Assembly: GCF_006345805.1 (NCBI RefSeq)
Contig: NW_021833347.1
Span: forward strand, 1-29,113
Length of the DNA stretch: 29,113 nucleotides
Source: Octopus sinensis
Lineage: Eukaryota
Direction of reading: 5' to 3'
Part shown: positions 21,305-29,113 of the stretch, piece by piece
Numbering within the stretch: position 1 is the stretch's first letter
Layout of the letters: each line of letters starts with the position of its first letter
The notes under the pieces: generated by a model
Databases searched by the model: none
Told to the model about the DNA's origin: nothing
The model's input: the letters and a program-made list of their open reading frames with translations, nothing else
Position numbers and translations under genes: made by a program

Positions 21305-22519
21305 GACGACATCCCTGTCATGGTGTTAGACTCCTCGGACATAGAAAAGATCGACACTATACTGAAAGAATATCAGGAATGTACAGAAGCACTCATAAAC
21401 CAGGACAAGTCAGTAGGAAAGGTCACTAGGCTCTTGGAGAGGCAAGTCGACTACCAGCGATGTCTGTCACTGGACGGAGGGTCCGGTGAAAGTGTTCGAG
21501 TCTGGTTCGGACCAGATTTCCAGGTAGATAGGAACTAGGAAGAGGTCATGACTAAAGTGGTCAAACTCACCCAGAAATAGGCAGAAAGGAAGCTGTCGCT
21601 GAAAGGCTGGGCAGAACTAGTGAATGCATATATCGCCTCGGTAGTGTACTACCGCCTAGCCGTCGTAGTTTGTCCTAAGAAAACTCTGACCAGATTGCAG
21701 CGCTTGCTTTTCCAGTTCTTATAGAATGGTATGGTTCCACTGGTCAGAAAATGTATCTGCTGTCAACATCCACACCGTGGTGGTTTGGAGATGCCACCCT
21801 TAATGATGTGACGCTACGCTTTGAGACTGTCACACCTACAGAAATATCTAAATCACTGCCATGATGAGGACGGTGACGACGACGAAAATAAGGGTGAACT
21901 GGTGTGGGCGTCTTTTGTGCGACACATCTTTCTGCAGCTCATCTCATTGACAGAGCTGCAGTCATGGGCCAAACGTTGACCAAGGTTGGGCGTTTGGCAT
22001 CTAGAATGTTGCTAGGTGCTCACTGCATTGTACCAGCTGCCCAAAACCGTTAGCGGGAACTCAACCCCAGGTTTCTATAGGGGGTTGGTTGCGGGTATGA
22101 GTAATGATGGCTTAGGATTGAATCTACGCATTGACAGGAACAGTCTGAGTAGTCTCTTCCAGAGGAACTTCGGGTCGAAGATCATGGACAATTTCCAAAA
22201 GTTTTTGGTTTGACAGTGCTACAGAGAGGCATTGCCCGTTCGAGAAAGCTCTTCAGGCATGCAAGTGCCAACAGCCAAACCTGATCGTGGTGCTTGCAAG
22301 GGAACGAAACCGTCCTGCATGCAATAATCCGGTCTCCATGCATTAGAGAGTTGTGGGATTGTGTGGAGGAACTGTTGTTGCGAGTAAGACGAATTCAGTT
22401 TTCTGCTGAGTGTATAGTGAAGATCGACGGACTACTTTCCCTTAGCAGAGAAGGAAGGCAGATCTTTCTTTACTTAGTGGCTGTGGGAAAAGCGGCTGTG
22501 TAGTGGACCCATCTTCGAG
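21305..22519 (+). mobile_element. L1/Tx1-like LINE ORF2 remnant: RT C-terminus to zinc-knuckle region
   Basis: Starts at the DD of the YADD motif (DDIPVMV...INQDKSVG), then VWFGPDFQVDRN*EEV, RKLSLKGWAEL, CQHPHRGGLEMP and ETVLHA. Many stops and frameshifts. Confidence 0.85.
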
Positions 22520-23590
22520 GCAAAGCCATTTTTGTTCAATGTCCTCAGATCACTTGACATAGACGTGAGAGCCATTACTAAAACCAGAATTTTAAGGACG
22601 TATGCACTCACCCCCATGTTTGACAACTACAAAGCGTACACATATTGTGATCTGATGGGATCTGGCGGTGTAGCAGCAATGCTTTTCTGGTAAGAAGTAT
22701 GTTTAGAGGTACAGACTATATTTCTAGATCCATGAATCCTGGATCCGGTGGTGCTAGATGGGAATGAGAGCAAAGAAGTGCCTTCATATTAGCGACCATC
22801 TATGCAGCCACCAGTGCAGGATGGTCAAACTTCTTTAGACGTGTAGAAACCTTCCTGAGGGCATCCCGCTCTCTAGAATTAGTGGAAGGCTGGAATGGTA
22901 TTTTGAACGCACGATTGTATGGGATTAACTCATAGAAAGGGGTGAAAAAGCATCAGAAACCCGTTCAAACTTTTCCAGCTGTGTGATAGGTCTGATTAAA
23001 TTTCCTGAATGTGCCAGTGTGAACTTAGAGTAATCAGAATGAATCTTCCATATTGTACGTAGTGTACTTGTTAGGTTAGCTGACAGAGACAGCATAGAGT
23101 GTCCGCAATTTAAGCTAGTCGGCTACACAGACCACATATTCATGATTTGCGCAGTCGACTCAGAAAGGATTCATAAACTGGGACCCGGCTGCTGGAATCT
23201 GAATGCGTCTTTCCAGGCGTGAAAAGACTACAGAGATTGGATTAGCGAGCTAATCAAAAGGCATTTGACGAGGACATTTGTAAACAACAAGTGGTAAAGA
23301 AGTTTGGTGAATCAATAGGGTATAGTAAAAGGCTAGTGATAGAGAGAAACAGATCAGAGGTGGCGGGGGTGGGGACCTAGTTAGTAAACTAGAAGAGATA
23401 ATCAAAAATGGCATCGCAACCAAAGGCAAGAATGATTTCGTCCATTTCCTCTATGCGAATCACGAAGGTTGCGGTATCAGGGACGAGCTCGTGCGCTAAA
23501 ACAAGAAGGAACGAAAGCCATTCGATTGGCAAAGGTAGCAGAGACGTCAGAATGAAAGGATAATTATCTTGAACAAATCAAGGGGCTACA
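22520..23590 (+). mobile_element. L1/Tx1-like LINE ORF2 remnant: APE endonuclease plus linker
   Basis: LRSLDIDVRAITKTR, GSGGVAAMLF, FILATIYAATSAGWSNFFRRVETFL..LVEGWNGIL (GDWN-like), GYTDH (SDH-like), GPGCWNLNAS (GYWKLN-like) and EGCGIR in the linker. Confidence 0.8.
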
Positions 23591-23757
23591 CCGATTCAGA
23601 ATTGTATAGATCCTAAGTGTGTTCTTCAGCCTACTGGTGCCAGCTCAGTGTATACAACCCATCATTCAAAAAGATTATACTCACTCCTGCAGTATTTTTT
23701 GTACAACCCTCGTATAAACGTAAAAGGATAAAATTATTTAATAGTTTATATATGCAT

Positions 23758-23916
23758 AGGCGCAGGAGTGGCTGTGTGGTAAGTAGCTTGCTTACCAACC
23801 ACATGGTTCCGGGTTCATCCCACTGCGTGGTATCTTGGGCAAGTGTCTCTGCTATAGCCCCGGCCGACCAATGCACTGTGAGTGGATTTGGTAGACGAAA
23901 CTGAAAGAAGCCTATC

Positions 23917-23953
<37 letters not shown>

Positions 23954-23957
23954 GTGT

Positions 23958-23997
<40 letters not shown>

Positions 23998-24212
23998 TGT
24001 GTCTGTGTTTGTCCCCCTAGCATTGCTTGACAACCGATGCTGGTGTGTTTACTGTCCCCGTCACTTAGCGGTTCGGCAAAAGAGACCGATAGAATAAGTA
24101 CCTGGGCTTACAAAGAATAAGTCCCGGGGTCGATTTGCTCGACTAAAGGCGGTGCTCCAGCATGGCCGCAGTCAAATGACTGAAACAAGTAAAAGAGTAA
24201 AAGAGTAAAGAG
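23758..24212 (+). mobile_element. SINE family C, full length
   Basis: AGGCGCAGGAGTGGCTGTGTGG head, B-box-like GGGTTCATCCC, internal (TA)n(TG)n, 3' module and (GAGTAAAA)n tail. Confidence 0.9.
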
Positions 24213-24570
24213 TATACATGTCCGTACAGGTGAATGAGAAACATTAAAGGATGACAAAGTACTCAATTGTTCCACTACTTCGGGCATATGTCCTCTTCCC
24301 GCTTTAATCTCCACGCAAAACAAAAGTTGAATCAGTCATTCAAACCATGTTCGTCTTTCTTTCTCCCACTTTTTAGTCAATTTACTCGATGACAGTGACC
24401 CCTTTTAAAACCTTCACCTGGTAATTTAAAATTTGATCAGCCCTTGTCCGGAGAAGAAATCGCCATGTTCACTAAAACACCTGCTCATTCTCTACATATC
24501 TCCAGCAAGTCCAGCTGACGGAATTGTCAGTGCCTGTGCCTGTAACCTCTTTTCTTCCTGTATAGCTACT

Positions 24571-24930
24571 GTAGGCACAAGGCCTGGATTTTGGGGGAAG
24601 AGTTAAGTCGATTACATCGACCCCAGTGTTTTACTGGTACTTAATTTATCGATCCCGAAAGGATGAAAGGCAAATTCAACATCGGCGGAATTTCACAACA
24701 ACAGCAACAACGACAATCCTTTCTACTAGAGGCACAAGGCCTGGATTTTGAGGGAAGAGTTAGGTCGATTACATCGACCCCAGTGTTTTACTGGTACTTA
24801 TTTTATCGACCTCGAAAGGTTGAAAGACAGAGTCGACTTTGGCGGAATTTGAACATAGAACTTTAAAACCGGAAGAAATGCATCTAAGTATTTTGTCCGT
24901 CGCGGTAATGATTCTCTTAGCTCGCCGCCC
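24571..24930 (-). mobile_element. Two tandem SINE family A copies (period 157 bp)
   Basis: GGCACAAGGCCTGGATTTTG...GTCGATTACATCGACCCCAGTGTTTTACTGGTACTTA occurs at 24574 and 24731. The second copy extends to the head (...AGCTCGCCGCC). Confidence 0.85.
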
Positions 24931-24947
24931 TCATAATAATGATGATG

Positions 24948-25002
<55 letters not shown>

Positions 25003-25515
25003 TATAGTAGTAGTAGTAGTATTGGTAGTGGTAGTAGTAGTAGTAGTAATAATAATAATAATAATAATACCTTATTTACTCAACGCCGTTAAACCTTATC
25101 GTATAACCAGTTAAAAGACGTTTTAGTTAGATTGATAGATATCAATGCGTGTACATCGTGCGATACGAACCCTGAGAGCATGAATCGTGAGGCTGTAAAT
25201 GTACCTATCTACCTACCCAGGTTGCAGCTATTATAGAATGTTTAGCGTAGATAAAAGAAGCTATTATTTGAGATTATAATAGACGCAGGATTATGAGAGA
25301 AAATGAAATAAGATGGTTGAAACAGACTCTAAATATTGAAGCATGTTGTGTTTTAATCGAAGCCGTGGATACAGTAAATTGTTGAAGCAGAAGCGATATT
25401 CAGGGTGACCATTAGCTAAATAATTTTCAAGGTGGTTTCGTAGCATCTCATCTTCGGATTCAATTACGAAAATTAAACAGGCTTTGAACATTTCCAATTT
25501 TCTTTCCTTTGTTAG

Positions 25516-25608
25516 AGCGCCATTCTGCACACGAAATTCAAATTCTTCGCCTCAAAGCGGACGGAGAGAAACAGATTTGGTTGGAGCACAGAGAGAAAGA
25601 CTCGAGAT
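25516..25608 (+). CDS. Candidate internal exon of an unidentified host gene (93 nt; alternative donor at 25613)
   Basis: Strong acceptor TTTTCTTTCCTTTGTTAG; donors GAT|GTCCGT or TCC|GTAAAT. All three frames are open, e.g. SAILHTKFKFFASKRTERNRFGWSTERKTRD or RHSAHEIQILRLKADGEKQIWLEHREKDSR. Confidence 0.35.
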
Positions 25609-26251
25609 GTCCGTAAATTGGAAGTTATATATAAAACCACAACAGTCACTCATCAACAATGCTTTATAACTAATAGGGCTAGGCTAATTTGAATAATGTG
25701 ACATCATGAAAGAGTCAAAGAATTATTATTCCACAGTCAGAGATGGAGGGAGGAAGGACGCAGGGAGATGAAACGAAAGGCAATAATTGAAAAGGATGAA
25801 AAGGTAAAACGGAATGAAGATGACAAAGGAGTAATAAGAGAACATGAAAATGAAGACATTGAAGTATCTACACTAAACATATTTTCTGGTTCAAATCCCA
25901 GAGGTTTCTTAATCTATGAACGAAGTTCCAACGCTTAAAGCTAAGACGGAGCTTTGTAAATATCACGTGACTGTCAGTGTGAATTTTAAATGAATAAATT
26001 ATACTTGGTAAAAAAAAAAAAATTAGATTTATGTATTTATTGTAATGTAAATGATTTTCAAAAATTCACTTTGTTATCAAATCGAAGAGTTCGATTGAAG
26101 AAGAATCAAACTTTAATCTATAACAACCGTATGTGATGGTATCTAAGATACACTTTTCCTCTCCACTCCACCCAAATGTAATAAAAAATTTAGCCTGGGT
26201 CCTATGTGCGTAGTCGCTATAAATATTGGTTTCAAATTAAATTTAGGTATT

Positions 26252-26437
26252 GGTTTCAAATTTTGGCACAAGGCCAGTCATTTCGGAGAATGAGAGTAAG
26301 TCGATCACATCAACCCACAGTAAGGGATGAAAGGCAAAGTCGGCCTCGGCGGAATCTGAACTCTGAACGTAAAGACGGACGAAATGCCGCTAAGCATTTT
26401 ATCCGGCATGCTAACGTTTCTGCTAACCCACCGTCCT
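26252..26437 (-). mobile_element. SINE family A, tail type II
   Basis: GGTTTCAAATTTTGGCACAAGGCC...GGATGAAAGGCAAAG...GGACGAAATGCCGCTAAGCATTTT...CTAACGTTTCTGC. Confidence 0.85.
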
Positions 26438-26719
26438 CTAGTCGCTTTAAATATTACATGCATTAATGCACTAAAAACTTTTTTTCTCTCGATTTGCACT
26501 GGTGAAACGGGTGTGTCTAATACATCCATCCAAATTTTATGTAATCAAATACGGTCATTTTATCCGGTTCTTATTAATCGTTCAATATTTGTTGGCTAAA
26601 TTCGTCTAATTACGGTTTATATTTTACTGACCAATCAATGTTGATTGGAATATAGATTTACTGGACATCTCTACGGACTAAGCGACATTTTTGACGAAGT
26701 GGTTTTACTGATTTCTCTG

Positions 26720-26726
26720 TCTACTG

Positions 26727-26817
<91 letters not shown>

Positions 26818-27036
26818 CCCTGTCTGTCTGTCTGTCTGTCTGTCTATCTGGTTGCATTTTTCTCTCTCTCTCTCTGTCTGTGTGTCTGTTTGTCTGTCTA
26901 TCTTCCTAGCTAGCTATTGGGTAAAGCTTTTTCCTACACACACGTATGCATGCATAGGCTGACGCGCGCGCACACACACGCACCCGCACGCATATATGTT
27001 GTGTGCGTGCGCGCGTGTGTTGGTACCTATCTATCC

Positions 27037-27109
<73 letters not shown>

Positions 27110-27110
27110 G
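26720..27110. repeat. (TCTA)n/(TCTG)n microsatellite blocks
   Basis: Read directly from the sequence (about 26720-26850 and 27028-27110). Confidence 0.9.
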
Positions 27111-27131
27111 TTAGCTAGCTAGCTTGCTTGC

Positions 27132-27162
<31 letters not shown>

Positions 27163-27285
27163 GATATATATATATATATATATATATAAATATTATTCGA
27201 GACAAAACCACTATTTTGCAAAACAAACAAGGAAAAACTTAAAATAAAATATATTAATTAATATATATATATATATGTATGTAAT

Positions 27286-27337
<52 letters not shown>

Positions 27338-27338
<1 letters not shown>

Positions 27339-27540
27339 CCGAGCTGGCAGAATCGTTTGCACTCCAGGCATAATGCTTAGCGGCATTTCGCCCCTCTTTA
27401 TATTTTGAGTGCAAACTCCGACGACGTTGACATAACCTTTTATTCTCTAAATACCCGTTTAGCACTAAGATTGATGTAATCGACTTATCCGCCCCCCTTC
27501 TCCCGAAATTACTGGCCTTGTGTCAAAATTTGAAACGTTA
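27338..27540 (+). mobile_element. SINE family A, tail type II
   Basis: GCCGAGCTGGCAGAATCG head through ...GGCCTTGTGTCAAAATTTGAAAC. Confidence 0.85.
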
Positions 27541-28376
27541 TAGATATATGTGAAACGAAATGGTTGCTACCTAGAATCGAAACCGTATCATTGAATTATG
27601 TTGTTGGGAGGGAGAGAAAAAAGCGAGAGCGGGAAAGAAAGAGAGGAAGAACCATGTTCTAGTCCGAGACGATTGTGTATGAAAATGGCAGAAAATTAGT
27701 GACATTCCCATTATCTATCGTATTTCCACTACAACCGTTTAAAACATATGAAATACACTCATTTTATTGTTTATGTTGTTTCTTCTTTATAAATTAATCC
27801 AGCTCTGTTTTTCAACTTTGGCCGTATTTAACGAGCTTAGCACAAAACAAATAAACGAATAAAAGCGCCATTCTTTTCTTTTTAATTCTTTTTTATTAAT
27901 TAGCCGACGAAGGAGAATGAGAATGAGAAAGAGGGCGATGAGTAGCGTTAATGGTTTTTATAGTCCCTCCCAGACTGGGGAGATTCTGGTCTCATGCCAG
28001 TAAATGCAATAACTAAAGGAGAAAAAAAAAAAAAATCTTTCCACGTCTGAAGAATTCATAAAAATACTTCCGGTTTCAGGTCAGCAGGGGATACTTACGT
28101 ATTTGTGTCTGGCTTTATGGGTAAAGTTGAGGGATTACAATCAAGGAAATAATAGAAATGGAAACTTAGGTTGTTTGGCGTTTGCAAATTGATTGGGGTT
28201 GAGGTCAAAGGTAAGAATGAGATTTGAGAATGGTGAGTAAAAACAAAGCAAATAGTTACGTATTTAGACGCCTGGAAGCGGATGAAGGAAATGGATGGCA
28301 GATAGCTGTTGGATGATAAAATTGGTTTGAATGACAAATACACTGCTTTGCTATAGTCATATATATATATATATAC

Positions 28377-28525
28377 GCCGAGCTGTCAGTATCGCTTGCA
28401 CTCCAGGCATAATGCTTAGCGGCATTTCGCCCCTCTTTATGTTCTGAGTGCCTTTACATTCTGAGTTCAAATCCTCTAAAGACGACTCTGGTTTTTTATC
28501 TTTCCGCTGTCGATCTTAATCGACT
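28377..28525 (+). mobile_element. SINE family A, head-containing fragment
   Basis: The head is nearly identical to 27338-27412, followed by TTCTGAGTTCAAATCC. Confidence 0.8.
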
Positions 28526-28857
28526 AGAACTCTCGCTTACCAACATTTTAATACATGTACTTTGGAAGAACTGGTAGAATTTCAACCAACACTCTGCATG
28601 TTCAGTCAAGCGCTTTGCAATATCTAATTTGGTCTTTTTATCCTCCGAGATCGAATTAGTGACTGGACGCGATTAGGTTCATGTACTACACACCAAGCGA
28701 TAGATTAGTACTGCAGCGTGTGGAAAAACAAAATGAAGATTACTGAGGTATAGGTGAAGATGTCGATCCATAGTCGATTTTGGCTTTTGTTAAATAGCGG
28801 GGGAAGCATGAGTGACACGGTTGAGGTGCAGGAATCGACATTCCATCCATGGCCGAT

Positions 28858-29113
28858 TCTAAACATTAACCTTAACCTCTAATCCTTAAATCTAAACATA
28901 ACTCCTTAAATGTATCCCTAACTTTCAACCCTAAACAATAATCTTAAACGGAAACCTAAGTCTTAAATCTAGAGCCAAATCTTACCCAGCCCCAAACCCT
29001 AGTGCTGCTCCTAAATTCTAATCCTTTAATTCCTAAACTTTAACCCTAACTTTTGACTTCAAACTCATCGTTGAACCTTTACTCTCAATCAAAACTTAAC
29101 CCAACCCTAAGTA
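28858..29113. repeat. Degenerate (CCCTAA)-like hexamer repeat running off the window edge
   Basis: Scattered exact CCCTAA (e.g. near 28916, 28929, 29044, 29105) among CCTTAA/CCTAAA/TCTAAA variants. Confidence 0.7.

Noticed and set aside
25291-25530. 79-aa minus-strand ORF with protein-like composition
   Set aside because: No recognisable motif or convincing splice sites, and it overlaps the better + strand acceptor.
964-27465. Most ORFs in the supplied track (poly-I/Y, HT, CV, N, L runs)
   Set aside because: They are translations of (TA)n, (CA)n, (TAA)n and (TCTA)n arrays, which lack stops in some frames. They are not genes.
27967-27981. Palindrome CTCCCAG-A-CTGGGAG
   Set aside because: 7-bp arms are expected by chance about once or twice in 29 kb.
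28095-28343. 82-aa minus-strand ORF ending near a GTAAGT donor-like site
   Set aside because: Low-information S/F/P-rich translation with no matching acceptor giving a plausible exon.

Overview
AT-rich eukaryotic non-coding DNA, mostly intron- or intergenic-like, dominated by microsatellites and decayed transposable elements. The SINE and LINE families look like those of octopus (coleoid cephalopod); this is recalled pattern recognition, not a database result. No intact gene is present, and most ORFs in the supplied track are microsatellite artefacts. Recognisable content: a Tc1 5' end, a TIR MITE, a decayed mariner with a nested hAT-like MITE, R4/Dong-like LINE 3' fragments and a non-coding retroposon sitting in (TAA)n arrays, an L1/Tx1-like LINE remnant with its domains in reversed order, Penelope-like remnants with hammerhead-like motifs, three tRNA-derived SINE families, a near-perfect 1186-bp tandem duplication and two candidate + strand host exons. 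The most unusual signal is a head-to-tail SINE multimer whose junctions fall at the same internal hairpin position, as expected if the SINE inserts site-specifically into its own family.
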